The notes under the pieces were generated by a model, which ran no database searches, was not told the DNA's origin, and saw only the letters and a list, made by a program, of their open reading frames with translations. DNA of 53,592 bases, the filler included, from Jimgerdemannia flammicorona (Eukaryota), in assembly GCA_003990765.1 (NCBI GenBank). It is 3 parts of 3 records of this genome, joined end to end, with 100 filler letters (N's around TTAATTAATTAA, not from the genome) between each part and the next. Parts side by side here need not be neighbours in the genome. Positions count along the whole stretch, not along the records: positions 35,796 to 53,592 come from RBNJ01002406.1; 2 more parts are not named here. The stretch is one strand, 5' to 3'. Below are positions 35,796 through 49,247 of the stretch, piece after piece. A program made the position numbers and the translations under genes. Position 1 is the stretch's first letter, and the number at the start of each line of letters is the position of its first letter.

Positions 35796-38321
35796 GACCC
35801 CTTCCTCCAAGAAAATGCCCTCCTCCAGTAGCTCCTTGATCCATGCAATCCTCTCTCCCCTAGCTGCCGGGCAGTAGCAGGAGCCCACCCTCACTGATTC
35901 CCACCCGGGCCGGTGCCATTCGCCCCAGACCAGTCATTCTCCCCAGTTCTTGATCCCCTCCAACTCTCCCCTACCCTTCTTCAACAGAATCGCCACTTTG
36001 CCAAACCAAGCAGTAGCCCCACCCCATTCCCTAGTCCATTCCACTCGATCATCCTCATCCTCACACTGTACATCCTGCAGTAAAAAGAGATCGGCCTCCA
36101 ATCCCTTAAGCCAAGTAAAAATATTCTTACGCTGCCCAGATCCTCGAAGTCCATTCACATTGAGAGAGAAAATGTTAGTTGTACTGTTCATGATGAATAA
36201 TGTTAAAGATTGAGCTTCTCCTCTACAGATCTGCACCCAAGCCCTCCTGTGCCAAATCCAAGTCGCATCCTACAGCCAGTTCCTTCTTCTCAGCTCCCTG
36301 TGCCTCCAACCCTTCCAGAAGTTCAACCATTGCCCCATCCTCTTTCTCCTCAAAGTCCTCCCTATACTCCCTACAGGTCTCCTGCCAGAACTACAAACCA
36401 TGGCGTTCTGCCCAACAGTAGGCTGCCCGCTTGCCCGCAGCAACCACCAGCTCCACCTTCCTCACCTCATCCACCTCATAACCCTCTTCTTCTAATAGTA
36501 TCGTAAGAATCTCCATCTGCAGCGTCTCTGCCACTCCCTCACCACACAGAATCTGTGCCCAGTGCTCCTCTGGCATGACCCTCAGATCCACCTCAGCAGC
36601 AAGATTATCCATCACCTTGCTCATCCACAGCAGATTTCTGATCTCCTTCCCTCCAGGGGTCCCTGGCTGCCCTGCATCCAGCATCGTAGTATCGGCACCC
36701 ACACTAGCATTCTCATTCCACTCCTCCTCCGGGACATCCACCAGCTCATCCTCTCCGACAGCCACCACCTGGCCTCCTTTCACCACATCTGGGACCCCAA
36801 AGGTAACTCGCTGGGCCCCCTTCATCAGTACATCCTCCGCCACCCCTCGCCGCCCCACTGGGCCCCTCCTAATAAGTGGGGGGGGGGTACCATCCGACTC
36901 CTCCTCCCAGACCTCGAAAGTACCATCAGCATAAGGATCCCTGCCCAGTACCTTTGCAGCCCATTCTTCCAGTACCACCGCCTCCTTTCCACCTTCGCCA
37001 GCCCATACACTAGCCTTGACGCCTCCAGACCCTTCAGCCCCATCAACCTTCCTCTTCTCCCCTCCTGTCATACTTGCCAAGAGCTCCCTCTGCCTCAAGC
37101 GCCCCTGAGCCCTCTCTCACTGCCTCTTGTCAGTATGGACGCACTTCCCCTCTACAATCTCCAGATGCGTCGACTCCTCATAGAGCTTCCAGGCCTTTGC
37201 CCGCCACTCCACCGCACCACTCATCTCCTCCAACGCTTCCAGCAGATCCTCCTCCTCCTCCTCATTCCCCTTCACCCTCAACACTTTGCAAATAAATGTC
37301 CCCCACATCAATACCGAAGGCCAGTCACTCACCTTCCCTGTGGCCTCCTTGCCTGCCAGCCGAATTCTGACATCAATGTCGCCTGTCCTGATTGTCGTCC
37401 CCTCCCACACCTGAAAGCCGATGTCTACCACATCACCATACTCAATCATCACCTCCTCCACCCTCTTCCTCGTCTCTTCCTTAGTCACTGTGGGTACCCC
37501 CTTCACCAGAAGTTGCACCACCCTGGGGTCCCATCGCAGGCACCTCACCATAGGGACCACCACCTCCCCAACTACAACTCCAGCCTTCAGTGCCTCCTCC
37601 AGGGGGCCTGCCTCCTCAAAGCCCACCTCAACCCCCTCCAGCCCCTTCAAGAACTTCACCGAGGCTGCCCCAGCCACCTGCTTCGAGACAAGCCCCAGAA
37701 CCATCCTTGCCGTCACTGCTAGACCCCAGAAGCACAAGGTCACCGCGAACTCCGAGATCAACTTCTTGAGTAATGGAGTCACCGCCAGCCCCGTCACACC
37801 ATCGGCCAGGTCCCCCTTCCGCATCAGGAGCCCCTGCCCCACCTGGCCATCAGCCGTCACATCTCTTTTTTTTTCTTGATTCCCCGTCACACTCCCATCA
37901 GCAGTCACGCCCCCAGCCACTGCACCTCCAGTCCCTACGCTCGCACCCCCAGCCTGGGGACCTCCCTCCCTCCCAAGGCTCGCCTTGCCCTTCCCCACAG
38001 CAGCACCAGCCCTGTCTCCAGCTGGCCATCCACTCCCCTTCACCTTGTCAGCAAAGCTCGAGGGACCAGCCTTTCCGCCAACACCACCTGTCGCCAGTCC
38101 ACCTCGCGAGCCCTCACCACCGTTCGACCCTCCAAAGGCCCCCATCCCCAGGCCATAACCCCTCCCCACTTGCTGCCAGCCGAAAGCCCCAGCTCCCCCC
38201 GACCCAGTATGCCCGTTGGAACTCTTGCTTGAAGACATATTGCTAGTACCTTTACTCCTAGTTGTGTCGAGAACTGTTGCTTGAAGTTTTGTGTAACGTG
38301 AATTGTACAGGAGAAAGGTGT
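35796..38321 (-). mobile_element. L1/Tx1-like LINE copy 1 (5' part: ORF1 from 38238, ORF2 APE from 36191), cut by the gap
   Basis: ORF2 start MNSTTNIFSLNVNGLRG...LFLLQD (APE endonuclease). ORF1 is homologous to copy 2 (VWEGTxxRTGDIDxRxRLAG). Confidence 0.9.
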
Positions 38322-41300
38322 TGGAGCTTGTTGGCAAACATATTGTCAGTCATTGTTGACAAGGAGGGCGCTACTGATGCTAAGAAGAAGAGCGGTTGGG
38401 GCGTCAGGGCCGGCATTTCCATTGTGGGTACTGGTGTTAGCATCTTCTATTGGTGGTGGCATAACTAAAGTTGAAGATGAGGTCATTGGTGTGACTGACA
38501 AGGTTAACACAAGCATTCTTTCTTTGACCGGTAGGGTTCTTTTCTGATACAGGTTTCGTTCTTTCTTTTTTTTGACACTCTGTGTGGAAATTAATTGGTG
38601 ACCTGTATTCTGCTGTATCTTCCTTTTACGAATTCAGGGGATAGGGAAAAGATCATTGAAAAGAGACCCGAAACTTCTACCACCAACATGATCATTTCAG
38701 GTAGTGCTGCACTCACTGTCGGCGAAATAATTAGGGAAGCCATTACAGAGCATGACGATGCCTATGTTGGCTCTTTTGATGTTACCTGCTCCGCCGGAGC
38801 TACTTCCATCATCTGAAAGATGTTGAGAAGAATAAGGGGGTGGTTGAGGTTATCGACAGCATCAATCCTTCCAAGGGAGAAATCATAGTCACAGAGACGG
38901 ACGTCAAGACCACTGACATCAAGACAATTACCACAGATGAGGTCGAGATTGTGGAGAAAGAAAAAGGTGGATCTTCGATTACCACTCAGATCCTTGAGGG
39001 CGCCGTTGGTTTCACTGCTATTGGCATGGTCATTTCTGCTACAGGAAATGGGGAGATCAAGGAGGAGGTCATCACTAAGGAAACATTCCATTGCCTCTTC
39101 AACGGAACATTCCTGAGGGTATGCATGAAGATGGCTAGAGTTGACCGGTGTTTCGGCCAGAAGAAGTTTGCCATGATGGTCTAGGATATAGGTGAGTGGA
39201 GATATATGTTGGATTGTATTGGGTTTGTTGTTGGGAAGTGGCTTCATGAGGGGTTGGAGCGCATTAGCAGATATCAGCAATGTAGTTTCGTCAGTTTATG
39301 TATTGTTTTTCTTCTGTTTTTCATTATTGTTTTAATTCCACCCTTCCTTCTTCCCCCTATCAGGCCTAGTAAGTGCCACCCAATAGCAGTGGTAGCCTCC
39401 ATGCAGTCAGACGGCCGGGCTCTTATCTCAGCAGACACGGACCTCTTCTTCAGCATTCCCAACAACAATGGCATCGTTGTGCTAAGAGGCAAGGACCACG
39501 CACACCGTATGTTCGCCTGGCTTAAACAGCCCAAGAAGGCCAATGCCATGATTGTCCTGTTCCACGACCACATGGATGAATTGCGAAGGTATATAGAGTT
39601 GAGAATGGAACAATCTAGCATTCCTACCCCAAACTTCCCCACCTTTTTTTTTTTTATTTGTTTTTTTGGAATGAAGTTCTTTGATGACCTAATTGCTACA
39701 AGAATTATTATTATAGGGTGCATGATACGGGTGACTGCATACTGACCTACTTGTCAGAGGAGGAGTGCAATGGTGCAATAGTGTTAACATGGGAGATGCA
39801 GTAGCCAAGGGATAGTGAGATAAATGAGTTCATTAAAAAGTACATATGCAAGCAGTGGGGTTTATATCAGTAGCCCAGTGGGAGACAGAAAGCAAGGACA
39901 GACATCTTTCACCAGTAACATTCGGGTGATACAAGACTCAGACAACACTTTTTACTATGTTTTTCGTGTCTGATGACTATCGACATGGATGGCAACAATC
40001 GAACTGGTGAGCATACTGGCCAGGGGGGAGATGGTGCCTTTGGCTGGCAGCAGGTAGGGAGGAGGGGAGATGGTTTGGAGATGCCAGGGGCCTCGATGGC
40101 TAGCCAAGGTCCTGGTGGTAGAGGGAGGGGCAGTCTGAGGCAGAGAGGTTGACCTTTGCTGACAAGGTCAGAATGGGGAAGATGGCCTCAGGTCTAGATG
40201 GTTGGCTGGGCCTGGAGAAGATGTCGACAGCTGCTGCTGGGAGACTGGGAGGTGTACCCAGGGGTGTCACTGAGGGTAGGAGAGGAGCGGGAGTAAGGGC
40301 TGGAGATGTGACTGGTGATGGGGCTGTGACTAGGGATCTGGCAAAAAATCCAGATGTGATGGTGGTTGATAAGGCAGGACTGAGAGTAGGCATGAGGTCC
40401 AGGGATCTGGCAGATGGGGTTATGGGCATAGTGTCAGTCCATTACTCAAGAAGTCGAGGTCAGAATTTGCAGTCATGATGTATTTCTGGGGCTTGGCAGT
40501 GACAGCGAGGATAATTTTGGAGCTGGTGGCACAGGAGGCAAAGGGAGCAGCATCAGTGAAGTTTTTGAAGGAGAAGGAAGGGGTCGAGGTGGGGTTCGAG
40601 AAGGAAGATGCCTTGCTGGTGGCCTTGGAGAAGGGGGTGACAGTTGGTGGGGTTGTCATCCCTATGGCCGGGTGCATGCACTGGGACCCCTGAGTGGTGT
40701 AGTTGACAGTGTTGGATCTCCCTATGGTGTCAAAGGAGAGGACCAGGGAGTTGGTTGTGGAGGTGATCAGGGAGTATTGAGAGATTGTGGATATTGGGCT
40801 CAAGGTCTGGGAGGGTACAGAGCTTCGGACTGGTGATATCGATATCAGGGTGAGGCTGGCTGGGAGAGAGAGTATGGGGAAGTTGAGGGACTGGCCAGCA
40901 ATACTGAGGTGGGGACCAGTGGAGTGCAAGGTCATGAGGGTGAAGGGGACCCAGGAGGAGGAGGAAGACCTGTTGGAGGCTCTGGAGGATCTGGAAGGGG
41001 CAGTCATGAGGAGGAGATTGGTATGGAAGGAGTTTGAGGCCAGGACAGTGGTGGGAGAGGTGGATGAGAAGAGGGTTCAGATGGAGAAGGAGGCCTGGGA
41101 GAAGATGCAAGAGAGGAATATCCAGAAGGAGCTGCTGGCGAGGTTGGGTGGGGGTAGGGCCAGTGGAAGCTCAGAGAGGGGGTTGTGGGATTGTAGAAAA
41201 GTGCCTGGGCTGAGGGGGTTGAAAGGGCCCAGAGTGGGGCTCAGCTAGGAGTGGAGGAGGAGAGGGAAGGCAATATAGAGGCAGATGCAGATATGAGCGA

Positions 41301-44300
41301 AGGTGTATGCCCCCAGTATGGTATCCCAGGTGGAGCTGAGAGAGAGGAGGAGCTGCTGGATGTGCCAGATGAGGAGTGGGATGAATCAGTGTAGAGGAGC
41401 ATGCTGGTGGACCCTGAGGTGGATGGGGGACAAATTGCTCAGGGTGCAGTAGAGGTGGTGGATGAGGTGAAGTGGATGTAGAAGATCCTGGAAGGGGTAG
41501 CAGCTAAAGAGCTGGGGGGTGAGGATTTCAGGGTGATGGAAGAGAGACATTGGGAGGAGATCCTATGGGGAGAGGAGGTGCCAAGGAAGATGAGGAATGA
41601 GATCCTGGCTAAGTTGGTTGAATATCAAGTCGATGATCAGAGAGAGGAGGAACTTAGGAGAATTGCGAGTGACAGGGCACTATTCTTGTGGAACATGAGA
41701 AAAGGACTAGAGAAGTGGCATGCAGTCTGCTTAGACTATCAGTCAGAGATGGAGGTAGTGAACAGGGTGGAATGTCAGGAAATCTTAGAGGCACTGGATG
41801 CTCAGACTAATGCAGAGGATGACTTGAAAGCTGAACAGCACTTGGATTTGACTGGGGATGAGATGAGCATGGAATTCTAGGCTAGGGTCTCTATTGCAAC
41901 ATTCTTTCAATATGAACAGTATAACCAGGATATTCTCTTTGAACATTAATGGGTTATGGGGGACAGCTAGGAGGAAGTATATATTTGGATGGCTTAAGGG
42001 ACTGGATGCAGACCTCTTCTTATTACAGGATATTTATTATGAGGCCGATGTAGACTTACAGGATTGGACAAAGGAATGGGGGGGTGCAGCAGTATGGAGG
42101 GGGAAAGTGTGTATTCTTGTTTGGAAAGGGATGGGGGACATTGTGGACATTGGACATTGGGGGTCTCAGGTGGTGTGGGAAATGTGGAGGAGGCCTGGAT
42201 AGAGATCATTAATAGTTGGGTCTTGTTACTGCCCAGCTGAGAGAGGGGAGAGGGTGGATTGGATTTGTAGGTTGAGAGAGACTGGTGTATTGGGAGAGAT
42301 TGGGCTGGACTGTATGGGGGGTGACTTCAATATGATACAGGATAAGAAGATGGATAGAACAGATGGAGAGAAAGGCATGTGGGGTGAAAGTGGTGGATTG
42401 GGTGACTGGTTGGAGACAGAGAGGTTGAGTTCTTTGGTGGACTCAGGAAGGCATTTTTGGGCCGATTGGTGGGTATACACCCACTGGGTGGCAGGACTGG
42501 GCTCCAGGATTGACTGGGTTTTGACAGCAGAGTGTTGGGGAGCAGATGTCTGGTTGATACTGGAAGTAGTTTGGTGTCCATGGTCTGATCACTGGGGGCT
42601 GCTTGGATGGGGGAGGTTTGGGGGAAGTGAGGACAGGCCTGGACATTGGTGGCTAAATTCTTCCTTATGGGAGGATAGGGTGTTATGGGAGGGTTGGGAA
42701 ATGGAGGTGGTTGGGAATATTAGTAAGTGGCAAGAACAAGGCCTTGGGATTGGGGACTGCTGGAGAGGGGTATTGGAGGGAAGCAGGGAAAGGAAAGTGT
42801 ACCCAATAAAGGTGGAGGGTGCTGTGGGCCTCGCAGCATCTGGCAGCACTCATGGAGAGATGGGCAGGTATGCTGGAAGATGGGGAGGTGACTGATTGGT
42901 ATATTGTGAGAATCTGGCAGGAGGTGGAGGAGCTTAAAGGAGTGTTATGTATGAAGAGAGGAGGAGGTGAAGCTACAAAGTATGGTGGCCCGGCTGCAGT
43001 GGCAGGGGCTTGAGGAGGGGGAGAGGCCTACTAGGTTTTTGTCATAGTTGTTACAAGCATGACGAATGAAGCAGCAGTGGGAGGGGGTTCTGGATGTAAA
43101 TAGTGAGCTGGTGGTGGAGACTCTGGCAATTCTGGGCCTATTGAGAACCAGTTGGAAGAATCTATGGAGTGAGGAGGAAGGAGGAGTAGATGCTCTGGAC
43201 ATTGAAAGGCAGCTGGGGGATTGGCACCCAAGCCCTGCGATGGGCCTTGGGGCATTGGGAGACCTGGTGAGTGGCGAGGAAATTTGCAGGGTTGTGGCCT
43301 TGACAAGTAAGGGGATAGCTCTGGGAGAGGATGGACTTCCCTGGGATTTTTGGCAGAAGATGGCTGGGGTGGGTGATGTGCTAGAGGAAATGACTGCTAT
43401 GTGTGATGGAGTTCTTCAGTCTGGTGCTTGGATTGGGGGACAGCACTTAGGGCTAGTCTCCTTGCTCTACAAGAATAAGGGAAGGTGTGAAGACTGGAAG
43501 AACTGGTAGCCAATCATGCTTCTCGACATGGACCATAAACTGGTGACAAAGATCTTGGTGATGAGGCTGCAAGGAATCGCTCAGCAGGTGCTTGGTGTGG
43601 AGCAGCATGGGTTTGTTGGTGGCCAGTTGATTCGAGATGGGACAGCTTGGGTATATGGAGTGATTGAAGGTGCCTGGGTGACAGGGGTGGATAGCAGATT
43701 GGTGTTTCTGGATCAAGAGAAGGCTTATGATAGAGTGCAGAGGATATGGCTGGAGGGAGTGCTGAAATGGATTGGTATTCCTCCAGGGTTCCAAGGATCA
43801 TTGATCAGCCTCTTGGCAGACAGTCAGACAGTATTGGTCATCAATGGCCACAGGGGGGTGACTTTTCTCCTGGGCTATGGGGTACTGCAAGGGGACCCCT
43901 TATTGCCCATATTGTATGCCCTCTCCTTGGAGCCTCTACTGGATAGAATTCGGTGCTGGATTGGGATTTTGGACATTTTAGGGATTAATTGGAAGGTGGG
44001 GGCCTTTGCTGATGATATGGTGGTCGGGCTAGACTCCTTGGTGGATGTGGGGGAGTTACAGAGTTCTGTGGAATGGTATGAGAGAGGTTCTGGTGCTAAA
44101 CTAAACTGGCACAAATTTGAGACTCTGGTGCTGGGTGTGGGAATTGTTGGTAGTGATGTTATTGGGACAGTAGTACTGGCTGGTGAACCAGTACATTATT
44201 TGGAAATCTACTTCTTGGTGTTTGGATCTCTTCTTCCCCAGGCATGGTGGGACCACAAACTTATGGAGTGGGGAAATGTTCTGCTGTAATGGAGAGGTCA

Positions 44301-46340
44301 GCATATGTCCCTAGCTGGTAGGGTGATGGTGCTGAATGTATATTAGATGCTGAAGCTGTAGTATGTGGGATATCATTTGGATTTTCCAACCTGGGTGGTA
44401 AAGGAGCTGTTGAAGATGGCGAGGTCATGGATCTGGAGAGGACAGTGAAGTCAGGTGGGGTGAGAGGTGCTCACACTGCCCTTGGAAAGAGGTGGGCTGG
44501 GCTTAGTGGACTTTACTAATCGGCTTCAATGTTTGAGAGCTTGGTGGTTGCATAGGGTGAGTGAGCTTAGGGGTTGAGAGTGGGTGCCACTCATGCAGAG
44601 ATTGTGGGAGGTTCAGTACTCTCCACAGGGTGACTCAGGTGATCTGCTCGCAATGGTGGCCATGGATGGGAGCAGAAGGATGCAGTTTATGGGCTTCTAG
44701 TGGGGGGTGGTGGATGGCACTAAGAAAATTGGACTTTGGTGGTGAGGTGATGAAGCCAAGGAGGATTGGGGACCACAGATGTGGTGGTGGGACAGGCTTC
44801 TACTGGGTGGTGTTCCAGTGGAGAACTTTCAGCTTGGTGAAGGTCTGGAGTATCTGTAGGGCCTGGGTGGAGACCTGTGGCCTGAAGCCTGGCAGAGGGT
44901 TGGAATTGGTGAGGAGTGGGATTGGAATAGACTCTGGCTTTGGAGCAAAAGGGTGAGGCAGTGGCTGCCCCCCAGGTTCTGGGTGGTGTGGTGGCATGTC
45001 CTACAGTGGAAAGTGATGTTGAACTATTGGTCTGGGCACTTGGTGGATGGTGGAGTATTCGAGTGTGAGGAGTGTTTCAATGTTGGTCAGGAGGGAGGAG
45101 TGGTACAAATGCCTGAACATTGGCTTGGCAAGTGCGAGGTTTTGGAGGAGTTTTGGAGATATATTATGGACTAGGTAGGGCTGGGTGCCTTGGAGGGAGA
45201 GGAAGGGGGGAGATGGGAAGAGCTCTGCCAGTGACTGGTGGGTGGGGTTGGAGATGAATAGCTGACCCTTGATTGGGCCTTGGCCATGTAGGTTGGGTTG
45301 GCTGGACATTAGGTTCATGTCTTTGAGGAGGGGCAGTGAGTTGGGGTTGGGGACAAGGTGGCACATTGGGAATGGTTGCTATTGGACATTTTGAATAGCT
45401 GGTGGTGAGGTTGGGGGCTGGGTGCAGGGAACTACAGAGGTTTGGTGCAGTGTATCTCCCGAAAGAGTGGTGGGAGGATTCGGGTAGTGGGTAATAGGGT
45501 GGTGCTTGGGCAGAAGGAGGTCAAGGGGGGAGGGTTGGGTCTATAGGGCATTGGTTGAGGTTGGGGGTAACATTGTATTATTAGAATTATAAATGTCATA
45601 ATAAAGGGCAATCTAAGGGAAAAAAAAAAAAAAAAAAAACAGAAAGTGAGGATGGTTTGGGAGTTTAAAGAATTTCAGAATATGTGAGCATCTGTTATTT
45701 AATATTCCAATCTGCACACAGCCTCTCGCAGTTATAGAGAAGTGAATTATTATATTTTTAAAACAAAAACATTGCCTATTGTCATCTATATTTGGCCCTT
45801 TCCCTCTATGTGAGCAGTAATGTATGATACCATATTAATGAATTTAACAACATAGGTTGGAATGAACCAATCATCCCATGATGTTCCGGCCTGCAGAACT
45901 GCCATTCATAGACCCCACACAATGAGGTGATAGGCAATATTTCGAAGTCCAATAGAAAATCGGGATATTGAAGTCAGAACATGTAAGGTTGGAGAAGTGA
46001 AGGTATCGGGGTTTCAAGGTTGTAGACAAAGGCGGAGTTTTGAGCCTGGAAGAAGCCAAGGAGGACAATGCAGGTATCATTGAGGGCACAGACACTATTG
46101 CAGTTGATGTAGTCTGTTAGGAAATAGGTAAGGGTGAGGATCTTAGTGTTAAGAATTGGAAGGACAAGGTTGGAGTATATGATGAGGCAGTGGGAATGGC
46201 CAGGAAGAGAAGTAGTAGGGGTATTAAACTCTCACACCAGACAAGCAAATGTTTCTTCAACAAAATGTGGGAGGAGCAGGTGGGCAGTACCAGGGGCATC
46301 AGTGCAATACCCATTCCAGAATCCTGTATAGTTAAGTAAA
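38322..46340 (+). pseudogene. Unknown spliced gene, CpG-depleted, flanked by LINE 1 and split by LINE 2 (coding remnants 38322-39901 and 45640-46340)
   Basis: Exon-like reading frames with GT/AG borders. The frame reads through the LINE TSD (...GRQKARTVWEFKEFQN). No family recognised. Confidence 0.45.
39902..45639 (+). mobile_element. Full-length decayed L1/Tx1-like LINE copy 2 (ORF1 39985-41880; ORF2 APE-RT 41912 to ~45545; poly(A))
   Basis: IFSLNINGL; GGDFN; SRIDWV; SDH; LDQEKAYDRV; GVLQGDPLLPILY; AFADD; poly(A) 45620-45639; 16-bp TSD at 39886-39901 and 45640-45655. Confidence 0.95.
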
Positions 46341-46597
46341 ATAAAGAATTCAGTTGGAGAAAAACACTAGGAAAACAGTATTTCTTTAAGGAGTATATAT
46401 ATATATATGCTACCAAATTGATTTATCATTGCATTTTGGAATTCCACTATTGAACCTTTATTTATGTCAAATAAACTTATAGTCATTATAGCACAAACAC
46501 CACTCTTAGTAATTGATGTCTAATTGAATTGCTAACTATACTTTATCAATGCTGTCCTTTCTCTACTATCTTACTGGTCACAATGGTTTAGTAGGCT

Positions 46598-47580
46598 ACA
46601 GGCAACACAGGCAACACAGGCAACATGGGCAGGCAAGATAGGCAAGATAGGCAAGATGAACAAGACAGTAAGATAACAAGATGGGTGACATGGGCAAGAC
46701 AGGCAAGACAGGCAAGACAGGCAAGACAGGCAAGATGGGCAAGATGGGCAAGATGGGCAAGATGGGCAAGATGGGCAAGATAGGTAAGACAGGCAAGATG
46801 GGCAAGATGGGCAAGACAGGTAAGACAGGTAAGACAGGTAAGATGGGCAAGACAGCAAGTTGGGCAAAATGAGCAAGACAGGTAAGATGGGCAAGATGGG
46901 CAAGATGGGCAAGATGGGCAAGATGAGCAAAACAGGCAAGATGGGCAAGACAGCAAGATGGCAAGATGGGCAAGATGGGCAAGATGGGCAGATGGCAAGA
47001 CAGGTGATATGGGCAAGATGGGCAAAACAGGAAAAACAGGCAAAACAGGCAAAACGGGCAACACAGGCAACATAGGCAATACAGACAGGCAATACAGGCA
47101 ATATAGGCAATATGGGTGGGCAACACAGGCAACATGGGCAATACAGGCAACACAGGCAGGCAATATGGACAATATAGGCAATATGGGCAGGCAACACAGG
47201 TAACACAGATAATACAGGCAACATGGGCAATACAGGCAGGCAAGATGAGCAAGATGGGCAAGATGGCAAGATGGGCAATATGGGTAAGATGACCAGATGA
47301 CAAGACAGGTGACATGGGCAAGATGGACAAAACAGGCAAAACAGGCAAAAGGGGCAATATGGGCAACACAGGCAACATGGGTGGGCAAGATGGGCAATAC
47401 AGGCAACATAGGCAAGACAGGCAAGATGGGCAATATGGGCAATATAGGTAATATGGGTGGGCAACATGGGCAACATGGGCAACATGGGCGGGCAAGATGG
47501 GCAAGATGGGTAAGACAGGCAAGATAGGCAAGATGGGCAAGATAGCAAGATGGCAACATGGGCAATATGGGTGGGCAAGA
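46598..47580. repeat. ~1-kb 9-bp satellite (GGCAAGATG / GGCAAGACA / GGCAACACA variants)
   Basis: Direct reading; about 100 units. Confidence 0.95.
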
Positions 47581-49177
47581 CAGACTAGATAGGCAATTCA
47601 GGAGGTACTAATAGGGGTAGGTCAGGTGCACTAGATGCCAAATACTTGAGGTGGTTGGGGCTCACAACCCATACCCACTGAGTGTGGCAGGCTGGGTAGG
47701 AGGATCTAGTTACTCAGGCAATGAGGTAACAACTCACACTCTATAGGTATAAGACTAGGAGTGGGTTGAGATTGGGGTAGAATGGGACTACTGATATTGT
47801 ATGAGAATATGTAGCATATTATAGATAGTTAATAAATAAGGATAAAAAGGGAAAAAAAAAAAAAAAAAAAAATTATACTTTATCAAATGAACCAAAATAT
47901 AATATATATAAGAAATATACAGTAAAACCCACTCTTTTTCTTATATATAATTGTAGAAAAAAAGAGAGGTAGTGAAGATAAATATAGATATATAAAGATA
48001 TGATAAGAACATATGTCTCTTTCTCTACTATCTTACTGATTACAATAGTTTGGTAGGCAACCTTCTGAGTCCACTTTCCATAATTAATATTTCCTCTACC
48101 TCAGGTTGATTTGCTGTACCCATTGCAGAGTAGTGAGAGGGAGGCAATGGTGATGAGTTGCCCCTTTATCAGTGTCCAAAGTGTCTTCTCTACTTTTTTG
48201 CAGTTTCTAGTACCTTTGGCTGTATCTGGAGTGTAGTTATTTTGGTGCAGTGCCTTCTTTCTTTTACCATCACCAATAAGGTATTGTCTTGATGTATTAT
48301 GGGTTACCCATGGAATTGGCTGACCTTGGGTATCAAGTGCCCAGTATAGGTTACCTGTAGGTCCTCAGTACCTATGATGGAGCCCTCTAGCTTTGGTGAG
48401 CTTCCTGGCAAGTACAATTCTGGCATAAGTGACTGTTTTTCAGGTATTATCAGAATGGGAGAAGAGATAGTCATTACAGATAGGAGGAAGGGTGATAACA
48501 GTGAACCAGTAGAGTGCTAGGCTGGGGGCATTCATCAGGGCTGGGGCAGATGCTGCTTCAGTGTGGTCTTTTGATTGGTGCAAAATAGTTAGATAGTAGA
48601 TATCACTCTCAGCTTCTTTTGGCAATATGTGGGTTTGGGCCCTGGTCATTGGGGAAGGTCAGAGGGCCTGAGGCTACTCATTTCAGATATCTTAGCTGCA
48701 CTTAACTGGAATTGGGATCTGATATGACAATGTAATTGAGGCCTGCAGACTTGAGTAGTGGGGTCTCCTCCCACCCTATATATAAGTTCTTTACTCACCT
48801 CATCTGGGAGAACCAGGTCCTATCCACCATGATATACTTTGATGAGGGTTTTTCTTTTATCTGTTATTCTTCTTGGAGTGGCAGAAGCTATTCTATTCAG
48901 CTTAAGCATAGTCTTATATATATATTGGGGTTTCAGACATATACTTTTAGTCATTAGCATATGACTGAGTTCTCCCTAATAGTAGAGAGAGTATGGTGTG
49001 CAGAATGAAATATGGGCCACTATAGGTCCTGCTGTATCTGGTATGATCAAGCTGTTAGACAATAGCTAGTCTAGATTAATAAGAGAGCAATGCTTGATGG
49101 GTGGTGGGGGAGGGTTTTGGTCTATATAGTCTAGGTTCTCTTCCAATAAAAATCTGCAGAACTCTGAGTCCATAAAT

Positions 49178-49247
<70 letters not shown>

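Noticed and set aside
36562..37722. 386-aa His/Pro/Leu-rich + strand ORF
   Set aside because: Antisense shadow of LINE ORF1.
46571..47578. Three 314-335-aa ORFs (LPILPI / CPSCPS / AHLAHL)
   Set aside because: By-product of a 9-bp satellite lacking stops in all three minus-strand frames.
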